Origin: Leptogorgia sarmentosa
Taxonomy: Eukaryota
Assembly (NCBI GenBank): GCA_964658305.1
Contig: OZ210885.1
Location: 17,856,001-17,920,000, forward strand
Length of the DNA: 64,000 nt
Direction: 5' to 3'
Shown in pieces: positions 26,433 through 37,603 of this stretch. Each line of letters starts with the position of its first letter. The stretch's first letter is position 1. The notes under the pieces were generated by a model. The model saw only the letters and a program-made list of their open reading frames with translations. It was not told the origin of the DNA and ran no database searches. The translations under genes were made by a program, and so were the position numbers.

Positions 26433-26849
26433 TCAGCTGATCTTTTCAAGTCCTTTCGCAATGATTTTTGCCTGATTTTTTCTCTCTTTAATCTTATGTC
26501 TGGTAAGATAGTCCCTTGCATATGAAAATGATCTGACCTTTAAATACAATTTAATTACATTTTCTAAACACAGTTTTTGTGTGGGACTAGTTGTGTTCAC
26601 ACCAGCAGAAAGAACAATATTCTCCCACAATGATTTCACCATAGGGGATTCCAACGTTGAATTGCATATGTCAACTGCAATATTTCTTAAGGTCGCTTTT
26701 GACTCGGAAACATGATTTCGAAAAGCTTTCTCAGCTTCTTCCAGAATCCCCACTAAATTCCCTGACGGATTAACAAGCCCACCTCTAGTACGAGAAGAAA
26801 TGAAACTGGACATACAATCTTGCGACTTCATATCCGTTTTGTCTGCCAT
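26433..26849 (-). pseudogene. Second, convergent ORF of the P element, resembling the P-transposase C-terminal domain
   Basis: FISSRTRGGLVNPS...AEKAFR...LENVIKLYLKVRSFSYARD. It lies inside the P TIRs. The upstream part (to ~26959) is degraded. Confidence 0.6.
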
Positions 26850-27669
26850 TACTTGACTCGCGATTGCCCTGTAAGGTTTTACATGACAATGATTGTAATT
26901 TGATCTTCCCGCTAAATAGGATCATCACCGGATGTCACCACATGCAGAATAGAAGCCATAATAACAAAAAATAATATTTCAAATGAAATCCAGATTTAAA
27001 AATCACGCAAATTTTGCAAAGTTTTTTGTTTCACCCTATTGTTTGTATAGAATCACTCCTTGTGTGATGCAGGGATCGCATCATGTGACCTTTCTTTTGC
27101 CGATCAACATCATTTTAGAGACTCTTTGAAGTCTGCCGACTAGCCTAACCAGTCTTCTTCGGCTAACCGTGGTAGGTCATAATACTCATAATACCCATAA
27201 GACTAACTGCAAACAATGTTGAACAATGATATATAGCTATAATCTGGGTAATTTTTGCTTAAAAATTGAAAGGACATCGGTACACTACGGAGTTTCCATT
27301 GACTGACAGAGTTAGATTTTTGATTTTGAAGAAATATATAAGCGATTTTAAATTGTGCTGTACAGGTCCGTACTAATCGGCATTCACAATATTCAAAATT
27401 AGTTGGATAACCAAAGCAGTTAAAACCACTAAAGCTCCGTCAGTTCGTATCACATCGCGACAAGATTTTGCACAATGATTATCAGGGATAAGTTAGATTT
27501 ACGTTCTAATTCGCTACGCTCAAACGAACGTAAATTATTTTGCCCTTTCTAAACTGGAGATAACACAATACACAGTGTGTTGGCATAGGCTCAGGCCTAT
27601 TGAAAAAGCGGTTTAATTCTTTCCTTAAAACTTCAAATTACAGTTGCGACACACATTTGAAACCACTCT

Positions 27670-28120
27670 TTAGAGTCCTAATTGTCCTGTTATTTCCAAA
27701 CGTTTTTGCACGCTTTCTTGAATATACATGTCCTTGGCGGCAGAAGACTTCCAGCGCCTGTGCAGCTTTAGCAACCTTTCAGAAATGCTTGGATGTTGAG
27801 AATTGCTGCAGTGGCTCCCCCAGATCTGAGGCTGTGTAATCCGTACTGCGAGGAATCGTACCCCCCAGGCTTTCTAGTCCTTTGAAGATTTCTCGACACC
27901 TTGTATATGATAGCTTACTGCCGTACAATCTGTAAGCGCTTTCCGATTTGAACCATCTTAGTGGCCTGAACAAGTGCGAAGAGGAAGTGGGATCGACGTT
28001 GCCTGCTTGAAGGTATCTCTCTAAAACTGAAACTGGACAATACTTGTTAGCAAGACGTTTTATAAAGACGTGATTGCCTTCTCGGTAAACGTCAGTCTTG
28101 GACCGGGGAATAAATATACT
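27670..28120 (-). pseudogene. Tyrosine recombinase C-terminal half of a DIRS/Ngaro-like retroelement
   Basis: PRSKTDVYREG, CPVSVLERYL, LSYTRCRE, GLHSLRSGGATAA, RWKS..AKDMYI. Truncated by the LINE tail at 28121. Confidence 0.85.
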
Positions 28121-29765
28121 TATAGATAGATAGATAGAAAAACTTTATTTAAACATGTTGACCCCGTCAACCTTAGCTGATTTCCACGGGGGACGTGTGC
28201 AAAATGTCTTTACATAATTATATAAAAGTAGGTCTATACTGTAAGAACACAATCTAACCATTTACAATGAACTAAAAAAGGCAATTAAGCTATGTACAGG
28301 AAATCCTCTATTTACATACATGCATGTACTTTATTTCGTTTATCTTTTCAAATGTCAATGCAGGTTGGATTTTTTTCTGAAAAGAATTAAGGGATGTGCT
28401 TCCCCTAATTTCTCTTGGAATTGAATTCCAAAGGAATGCATCATCATACATAAAACTTTTTTCATATTATTTGTACGTGGTTTTGGTAAGTGAAGACCAC
28501 TTGAAATATCCCGGAGGTTATAGTTTGTTAATTCACTTTTATACGAAAATAGATTAGTGAGTGAATTTGGACCCACATTATTTAAAAGTTTATACATCAT
28601 TTTCGCCTTAGTTTTTTTCCTATCAGCCTTAAGAGGTTCCCAGTTTAGCTCACCTAAGGCAATAGAATGATCGACATCATTGTTAAGATTTGTGATGATT
28701 CTAGCAGCTCTGTTTTGAAGTTTTTGCAATCTTTTTGACTGCGTTTCACCGAATACATCCCATACTTCACAGCAGTATTTGAAATATGGGTATATAAGTG
28801 CATTGTATACAGAGAGAAGTGTTTCTCTGTCAGCAAAATCTTTTAAACGCCGAAGGGCAGAGATTTTCTGGCTGTTACCTTCTTGCAAATATTTTCCGTG
28901 TTACTATTCCAAGATAGGTACTGGTCAATTATCACTCCTAAGCTTTTACACTCTTGAATCTTTTTAATGTTTAGATGAAAATCTGCAGTGCCTTTAATCA
29001 TTGGTTTTGAGCCAATTAATATAAATTCTGTCTTAGCCACATTCAAGCTAAGTTTATTGGCTATCAACCACTTCCTAAGGTTTTCCAAATCAGAATTTAC
29101 TGCATTTTCAAGTTCAGTTATAGACTGGCCTGAAGCTGTTAAATTTGTATCGTCAGCAAATAGTCGAGGCTTTGTTTTGTTTAGACATTGAGGCAGATCG
29201 TTAATATATAACAAAAACAGGAGTGGTCCTAGAATAGAGCCTTGTGGTACTCCACATTTAATTGCTCTATCTGATGAAATAAAATGTTTAATTTGGCATA
29301 TTTGGTTTCGATTTGTTAGATAAGACTTGAGTAAAGTCAAAGCTTGTCCTTTTATTCCACAGAGCTCCAATTTTCTCAATAAAATTTGATGATCAATAGT
29401 GTCGAATGCGTTTTTTAAATCAATTAAAACTACCAGGTTAAATAATTTCCTGTCCAAATTAACATACCACTCATTGGTACAGTCCAATAGTGCTGTAGTA
29501 GTGGAATGAGATTTTCGAAAACCAAATTGACAGTCACTAAGAATTCCAAATTTTGTTAAGTAACTATGAAGTTGATCATAGAGAATTCTTTCCATAATTT
29601 TGCTAATGACAGGTAGAACTGAAATTGGTCTGTAGTTTTCTGGTAGGTTACGTTGACCATTCTTAAAGATAGGTGTAACTCTAGCCATTTTCCATTCATC
29701 AGGAAAAGAGGACTGAGTAACGACTTGGTTAAAAATATAAGTTAACGAATCTGAAATAACAGGTG
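28121..29765 (-). mobile_element. CR1/L2-group LINE, RT and 3' end
   Basis: NYRPISVLP, QFGFR, IDLKNAFDTIDH, GVPQGSILGPLLFLLYINDL, FADDT. Frameshifted C-terminus; AATAAA and (CTAT)n tail at ~28121-28150. Confidence 0.93.
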
Positions 29766-29827
29766 TATGGCAAGCCGTTTGTAGCAATATTCAGTAAACT
29801 GATATTTAGTTTAGTTCAACAAAAATA

Positions 29828-29950
29828 TTCAACATTCAACTAAACGCATTCAATTCAACATTCAACTAAACGCATTCAATTCAACATTCAACTAAATGCA
29901 TTCAACATTCAACTAAACGCATTCAACATTCAACTAAACGCATTCAACCA
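29828..29950. repeat. 21-bp tandem repeat in left TIR
   Basis: Unit CAACATTCAACTAAACGCATT, about 5 copies with small insertions. Confidence 0.85.
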
Positions 29951-30019
29951 ATTAACATTCAGCAAGTCATATGTGAGCCTACATGAAGTACTGGCAAAGG
30001 TTGATAAGTCAACAACAAG

Positions 30020-32248
30020 ATGGCAAGTCTTCAACAACTGTCTAAGTGCCTGAATGATGCTAGTAATCTAATCAATACGATGTTAGACAATGATACTCAG
30101 CCGCAGCAGCCTGCCCTCGCACCTTCACAACCAGTTCCACGATCAGAAAGACCAACAGAAGCTGTTAATGTGCCCTCTGTGACACAGAGGGAGTCTGTCA
30201 GAGCGACAATTAACTCGGCAGTACAACATGCACGATTAATGATTGGAGAGTCATCTTCAAGGGGTTTGTGTTCGCGATTGAATAGAAGAGAGCGGCTTCG
30301 AGTGACAAGTTCTAAACCATCCAGTACAGCGACAAAAAAACCTCGTCTGGAAAAGAAAGTTTTTGAGTTCGTTTTGTTTCACATCGAGGATTGTGATAAA
30401 AATGATACTGATACATGGTTGTTTTCGGAAAGTATGGTTGCAATACGTGGGTTTATTGAAATATCAACAACAGCGAGCGAAGAGGACATACGAACGGATC
30501 TTTGTAAAGCTATTCAACTCAAATTTCCAATGATAACTAAGAATGACTTCGAATTTGTGAGGGCCAATCGACGGAGAATTACGAAGCCTGTAAGCTGTAA
30601 TGAATACAACTACAACCAGGTCAAGCTACTTGCTGGCCAAGGGTGTATTTACTTAAAGATTAAAGATGGTTTAGAGTGTTTGTTCGTCGAAGAAGAACCT
30701 GGAGATGATGCATTTGATTTTGAGAAGGAAGGTAAGCAACGATTTTTTATCTCTGCCTTTGGTGACATTGTCTAAATCCTGTGTTTTAATCAAATAACTA
30801 TTTTTAACATCGTGCAAATTCATATCTACATTGTACACAACCACTATATATAATTTATAAGGCTGCAAAGAATATTTTCACATTAATATATTTAAGCTCC
30901 CATTCAATGTGAGATGAATACTACTGGCCACTGGGAACATCCAGTTGCTCTGAAGTAATGTAATACCACCCGCTTAACATGGGCATTGTTGATTTCATAA
31001 ATATATGCTAATGTTGCTTTTTAAGAAAAGTCCAAAGAAGAGTCAACAAAAGCTGTAACTTCAGGCCTTTCTGCAGCAGCAACCTCCACCACAGCATCCT
31101 CTACTTCTACAGCTGGCAACAGTCATCAAGTGTTACAGCAACGGTTATCAATTTTGCCAACTAACACCGTATCATCACTGTCTGGTAGCTCTCCACCAAA
31201 CCTTGTTCTGGAATCAGCACAACATGTAGATGTATTATCACTTACACCACCTGTTAACAGAAAAACTGCAATTTCTGACGTTGCTGCTGACTGTGTTGCC
31301 TATTGTAAAGAACACAACATCTTTGACCCAATTGAAATTCTTCAACATGCACAAAACTGTATTGTGACAGGAAAGCCACTTAATGGGTACACAGGTGATG
31401 AAGAATCTCTGGATGGTGAGTCAAACTTCATCCTCATAAGCTGTGAAGATGTCCTTGCAACTGCTTTAGATGAAGTAAGTGGCATTGAAAATCCTCAGTT
31501 ATCACTTGAAGTCTCTTTTTACGGGGAAAATGCTCAGGATGCAGGGGGGCCAAGAAGAGAATTCTTCAGGTTGTGCCTTCAGCAAATAATGGAGAAGTAC
31601 TTTGATAATGGACTGAAGGAGCACATATCTGAAGACTACAAAACTCTGGGCCTTATAATGGCACTATCCGTCTTGCAGAATGGCAAGATACCTAGGTTTT
31701 CAGAAGAATTGCTACAGGAGATTTTCATTTCTGATGTCCCACAATCTAGGTGCGTGGCTAATCTCCGAGAAGGATTTAACATGCTGGGCTTGGGTGACAT
31801 TGTAAAGAATTTGCCAATGCTTCTTCATCTTTTTCGTTCCTCAAATGCTGCTGCCTTAACAAGGAGAAAGTTAATGCACATGCTTACACCCATATTTTCG
31901 GAAGATGGATGTAACGCACGACCCTTTGAGAATGAAGCCTATGCAGCATTTTCCACATATACACGAAAGGCAGCTGGTGGAAAACGGGGTAATGTTACAC
32001 TTGAACACATATTACAATTTGTCTCTGCAACAGACCAGGAACCACCTCTTGGCTTCTCCACAAAACCAAGTATTGTCTTTCCATCTTCCACAACATCAGG
32101 TGCATGGTCATTTATACCAACCTCCAACACATGCGCTAACATGCTTCATTTGCCATGTCCAACAAGTGAAATACCACTTCCTAATGAGGAAAAACTCTTC
32201 GAGGTGTATGACATGGCATTTTGCAATGCATACTTTGGGAAACATTAA
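30020..32248 (+). CDS. HECT E3 ubiquitin ligase (G2E3-like), 2 exons (30020-30731, 31026-32248), ~644 aa, open
   Basis: A phase-1 GTAAG..AG intron joins the ORFs in frame. HECT motifs VSFYGENAQDAGGPRREFF, ILQFVSATDQEPPLGF, PTSNTCANMLHLP (catalytic Cys), terminal YFGKH*. Confidence 0.88.
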
Positions 32249-32487
32249 GTGTGATTCCAGTGATAGTTACTATACAAGTAGTTACTATCCAGTATACTTA
32301 TTTACATTATAATAAGTTAGTAACATTGGACAAAAGTATACCAATTTCGGAGGAACAAATAACTTTTGTAAATTGCGGTTGTAACAAAACTTTTGTCGTT
32401 TTATTGCTTTTACGTTCGCTGTGCCTTTTGCACCACAATATATTCATACGATGTTTGTTCATTTGTATTGAAATGACAGGTCTGTTT

Positions 32488-34038
32488 TTACTGCTCTGTG
32501 GGAGCATAATTACCTAACAGATCTAAAACCTCTTCATAAATATCAATACCCATTTGCACAGAAGGCATCAATGGATCTATAACTTGCAAAAGCTCTGCTT
32601 CAATCTCGTTTGCATTTGCAATGCTTAGTGGTTCTACAACAATATTGTTGTTGCTATCTTCAAATGGGGGTGGTCCATGAGGATCATACCCATAAAACTC
32701 CACATTCTCTGGTACATTGTCAGGTCCCCCACTTGATAAAGGATTATCTGGATTCATCATGTTGTTTACCCACATCTGGTATTGTGACCAATTTCGTGCA
32801 GTTCGCATTTTGTGATGATTGAATGCTTCAAGGTATTCCTGCAGAGCTTGATTGATTCTTGGGAGAAATACGAAATGTAAGGCAAACATATGAAGAGAAT
32901 TGCTCGTGTCAAGAATTCCTGAATCTTCCATACCGTAAAATACATAATAGTAATAGTGACAGACACATCGAAACACATCACGCCAAAGCCGCTCGATTCT
33001 CTGGTTATGTGTCGATGGACCAGCTATGAAACTTCCCTGATCGGCCCCCCTATTTTCAACCATTGCTTCACAAACCAGAACGTTCTCCACGCCATAGTCT
33101 ACTCAAATACGTGAAGGCCAAATTCCTCCATCCCTTTCAACAGCACTATGAAACAAATTGAGGACAGTAGTAGCTAGATTATTTGCACTGCAGTGAAGAA
33201 AAATTATTCTTCTCGAAAAGCCATCAATGCACCCATGTATGACCAGGCTCCACCTTATTAGCGAGTGATGTCCATCTAAGTGCCACAGGGAGTTTGCCCA
33301 TGGTACCTGGTAGCATCTACGGTAAACTGCAGCACCCCACCTTAACGCAACATTGGCCGGGTCAATTCTTGTTATACTTGCACGGAGTCGTCTCCTTGGC
33401 ACATGAATTCCAAGGGAACGGAGATAACCCATTAGAAAAACCTCTCCAGTGGTTCGTCCATGACGATTAATATAACCTCTAATTTTCTCATCTATTTCTG
33501 CATCAGATAGGTCACTGAAAGCACTCACATGATATAGTCCGTATTCCTGAACCCTTCTGTAAATAGTCCACCTAGAGACACCCAACAATCTGCCAATTCT
33601 TTGCTTTGAGAAACCCAGCTCCAAGAGGTCTTCTAACATTTCTGGCTGAATTAGGAATGAAGGTCTACCAGGTCTTCCCGTTTGACTAATATTACATCTG
33701 AGTGAGGTCACATTTGTTGGCCTCAACGACAGTTCAAGAGTGTGTCACTGCAAATTTTGCGAGATAGTTTCAAAGCAACCGGCGAGCAACTCCCACTGTT
33801 GTTGGTCATCTTCATTAGCTTCCTCGAGTATTAATCTTAACAGACTTATAGTTTGATCGAGAACGACAAGAAGGGTTCGTATTCCACTTACATTTCTGCT
33901 GTCATTATGGATAAGATAATCGGTTTTATCAAGCAGTGATAGAAAAAACAAGGGCAACTCTTCCTCGACATTGAAATCGTTTATTCCTTCTTTTAAATCT
34001 CGATTAATGTCCAAAACTTCTTCTGTTAAAACAGCCAT
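32488..34038 (-). pseudogene. Integrase-core DDE transposase, one reading frame with two in-frame TGA stops
   Basis: GRP..IQPEML, IGRLLGVSRWTIYRR (HTH), WHLDGHHSL, IDGFSR, RI*VDYGVEN, STHNQRIERLWRD. Stops at 33745-33747 and 33103-33105 with no frameshift. Confidence 0.9.
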
Positions 34039-34169
34039 ACTTCACCATTTTTGCCAACTGTTATTGTTTGGTGGGAGCACCTTTTTGGTAGTACTTCATG
34101 TAATATGCATTATCAACCTTTACTGGTACTTCATGTAGGCTCACATATGACTTGCTGAATGTTAATTGG

Positions 34170-34321
34170 TTGAATGTGTTTAGTTGAATGTTGAATGCGT
34201 TTAGTTGAATGTTGAATGCGTTTAGTTGAATGTTGAATGCGTTTAGTTGAATGTTGAATGCGTTTAGTTGAATGTTGAATGCGTTTAGTTGAATGTTGAA
34301 TGCGTTTAGTTGAATGTTGAA
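34170..34321. repeat. 21-bp tandem repeat in right TIR
   Basis: Unit TTGAATGCGTTTAGTTGAATG, about 7 copies; reverse complement of the left array. Confidence 0.88.
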
Positions 34322-34415
34322 TATTTTTGTTGAATTTTGGCCGTTGAACATTGAATTTTGGTTGAACTAAACTAAATATCAGTTTACTGAATATTGCTAC
34401 AAACGGCTTGCCATA

Positions 34416-36367
34416 TGATGTGTTTGGATTTTTTAACACTGTTTGCCAACACCTTGAGAACATGAACTATTACATCAGCGGTTGTTCTTTCTGTTGGATG
34501 CATTCCTATAAAATCTTCATGAGCGATAAGATCTTCATCAACCCAACATATGCATATTACAAGTTCTTTATTTGACACATCAGCAGTCTCGTCAGCCATA
34601 ATGGTGTAAAAAATTGAACTCCGTATATTCGACGCAATTTCTCTTGAAATCCTAGGGGCCATGACCTTTAAAAGAAGATATTATTTTAACATCACAAGAA
34701 AACGAAATACATAGTACTCAAATATCGAACTGCCAAATGAATAATTATATGTAAATGAATCGAAAAAGGAAACCTGTATCATTTCGTTTTGGATGTAGGG
34801 TGAGGTAAACTTGTTGTGCTTTCGTTTCAACCATTCTACTATTTCTTGATCTTCCTCTGCTCTTACTAAAAGCATTTGATGGAAATTCGAATTTTGCTCG
34901 GATCCATATTCCTGGTTCCAGTTTCCTCTAAATGGCAGCGACTGCCGAGCTAATAATATAATCAATTATTATATTATTACGGTAGTAATTTTGTTTATAT
35001 ATTAATTCAACTAAAATTTATAAATATAACAGTGAAATTTATTAGTATCTGAAAATATAAACAAACAGTAATTTAAATTACGCACCTAAGTACCGCACAT
35101 TGGATAGAATTTTTAGTAATACTTTGCGGCTAGATTCCTTTTCTTTCTCATATTCTGATGATAGAACAGAGCCAATATCTTGTCCTAAAGTTGCATATTG
35201 ATACCTTTCTGTAGCCTCCAAATGACAATCAGATTGTTGGTGCTTATAGAATCCGCAATTTTTCTCACAAGCCTTTTTCCAGTTTTGAAATCCTTCTGTC
35301 ACAAATGTTTGCTCAATTTTTGATGAAGTTATCAAATTCTGCGAGGCAGCTTTAATGCAAGTAAAACAAAATGCAGAATCATTTACCACATCGTAGTGCA
35401 GCCATGGAAAACGATCAAACCAAGAACTTTGGAACGCTCGCTTAAATAACTTGTACTGGGTCTTTGGAAAGGTGGTATTGTTACGAGGTTGATAGGGCTT
35501 TATTAACGATAAATTGTTCCTGTAAAAAGATGTCCTTGTCATAAAACAATACCTGAAAATATATATAATAAGCAATACTTTTATATATAATTGGAAAGAC
35601 ACAAAAACTCGGTTACCTCATCTCGACTATATTTTTGTCTATGGCTTCAGCAAAGTTTCGACCATCATTTTGCGACTCGGCTTCATGCCCAGGCATTTCC
35701 ACTATAGTATCACTTGAGCCTTCTGCTTGGTCTTCTGACGTCGATGGCAATGGTAAGCCACCCATCAATCTCTCACTTTGAAATATACATAATTCAGGCT
35801 TTAAAAGGACTACTTTTATAAAAAAAATTTATTACCGTAAGGACATATTAAAATCCTTCGAAAAGGCTTACCTGTGTGTGTTTTCAGAGCTTTTATTTTT
35901 AAAAAACGACAAAATTGACATTTGGTTTCTCGAAGACATTACTCAAACGTATAAATTGATCATCTGATCATTATATCGCGGCACATAAAATGGAAATTTT
36001 CTCAAAAGAGATTAAAAACGAATTAATGGTTTAATTCGCCGTTACAATGAATAATTACTGAGCTTGTAGCGATATACTTCATGTAGTCGTAATGTAACAT
36101 GACAAGATGAGGATTTTTAAAAAACAATGTTTTTCGCTTTCGTAATTGCTCATATCTAAAATGAAAGATGGCTGCCAACAAGAGTGCAAAGTTCTACTGT
36201 AGTTAAGTAGCAGAAAAAGATTGGAAATACAATTCTTCTCTATTTATTAGAATTATGTAGCCACTTATAATTAATCAATCGTCAGCATTTTAAAGCTTTA
36301 TTATTTTGGTCACAAAGTCTGCAAAATTATTGCGGGGGCTGCAGCCCCCCCGGTGGCTACGGCCCTG
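34416..36367 (-). mobile_element. 5' half of an intron-containing hAT (ZMYM1-like transposase)
   Basis: Terminus CAGGGCCGTAGCC at 36367. Motifs FQSSWFDRFPWLHY....DSAFCFTC, LARQSLPFRG, FTSPYIQNEMI, IMADETADVSNKE. Ends abruptly at the IS3EU TIR. Confidence 0.88.
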
Positions 36368-37603
36368 TCTCGCGATTCTACACATCGTTCGGCGAAGTCC
36401 AAAAGAGCTTTGCGCTCGTCGGAACAGTCCAGTCAGGCTACAAATAGCAAAGAAATGCTTCGTACCATCCTACATACTGTTTCAGAACTTAAATCTGACA
36501 TGCTGCTCTGTAATAACAGAATGTCCGAGCTCGAACATACGTTTGCTAACGCCAATATGCCACATTTGGACTCCGACATGCAATCGACCCTTGAGCGGGA
36601 CGAAGACACGCTTTCTATTACGGCGGGAAACGACGCCTCGTCAGTTTATGACGATTTGACTTCTCAGTCACCAACACAGGCTGTTAAGCCACCAGAACAG
36701 GCTACTAAGCCACCAGAACAGGCTATTAAGCCACCAAATGTTTCTATTCCGGTTTCAAGCGGAATTCCAGTGCCACATGAGCCATGACATGGACACAGAG
36801 GACGCCATAGCGCCTAGTAAACAACAATACCAAGCCTCGGAATCGGGCGAGGTCAGTGGCAGTGAAAGACAGTCGGGTTTGTATGACCCAGACGCGGTTC
36901 AGACCTCATGGTCCCCCTCGCAAGCTTTTCATGTCTTCCTAGAAAAGAATTTTCGCAGGAAACTCTTGTTTGAGCATATCTGCGAGATTTTAGAAGAGCA
37001 ATCTGTCCCTAACGTCGACGTTCTTTTCGCCCCGACTCTGGACGCACCGGTATTGTCTCACGTTTCCAGTCAGAACAAAAAATTTGTGCAAGAGTGCGAT
37101 AAAGAGCTCGTGGTTGTCCAACGGGCGCTATTAAATATCACAGGGCCATTATGTACCCTACATGATCGTTTGGAACACCAGGTTCCTGTCAGCCCTGACG
37201 ACCTTAAGTTGATTGTACAGCAGTCCCTGTGCCTTTTGGGTTCGGCAAACACCCAACTATCGGTACTTCGGCGCAAGAAAGTACTCACGTCTATAAACAA
37301 GTCAAAAATCGATTTGGCAACCCAGCCAACGCCAAGCGATGGCTCTTCGGGGACGATTTCCCTTCCATTGCGTCCAAAGAGGCGGAACTCACTCGAGGTC
37401 TAGCAAAAAATTTAGCGCCTTCGGGGCCCAGGATCATTACCCCAGGGCCCAAACGTCACAGCGGTAATGCCAGCCCAGGTGCCTTCAACCCAGCCTCTAA
37501 GTACAAAGCGCAAAACAAAAGAGGCCGGTTTTTTCGTTTCCCCCCGTATCGGCCCCAACGGCCGCCAAACTTCCACACCACCTCAAACAGTGGCAAGGTC
37601 TGA
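36368..37603 (+). pseudogene. DIRS ORF1 (gag-like)
   Basis: APTLD, QRALLNITGPL, SLCLLGSANTQLSVLRRKKVL, WLFGDDF. Frameshifts near 36780 and 37320. Confidence 0.75.

Larger units (their letters stand above)
19284..27171 (+). mobile_element. P-superfamily DNA transposon with a nested hAT
   Basis: TIR CACGGTTAG(T/C)CGAAG[AAG]ACTGGTTA(A/G)GCTAGT. Inner inverted motif GGTCACATGATGCG.TCCCTGCATCA (~19356 / ~27065). 7-bp TSD GAAGGTC / GTAGGTC (6/7). Confidence 0.85.
29766..34415. mobile_element. IS3EU-type DNA transposon encoding a HECT E3 ligase (+) and a DDE transposase (-)
   Basis: Long TIRs starting TATGGCAAGCCGTTTGTAGCAATATTCAGTAAACTG (29766-~30007 and ~34111-34415) enclose exactly two convergent genes. 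No TSD is retained. Confidence 0.9.

Noticed and set aside
33103..33747. In-frame TGA codons read as selenocysteine or programmed readthrough
   Set aside because: One falls at a conserved Arg position and no SECIS element was recognised. CpG decay is the simpler explanation.
34061..34463. ORFs with NIQLNAF / HSTKRIQ heptad repeats
   Set aside because: These are translations of the 21-bp TIR tandem repeat, not proteins.
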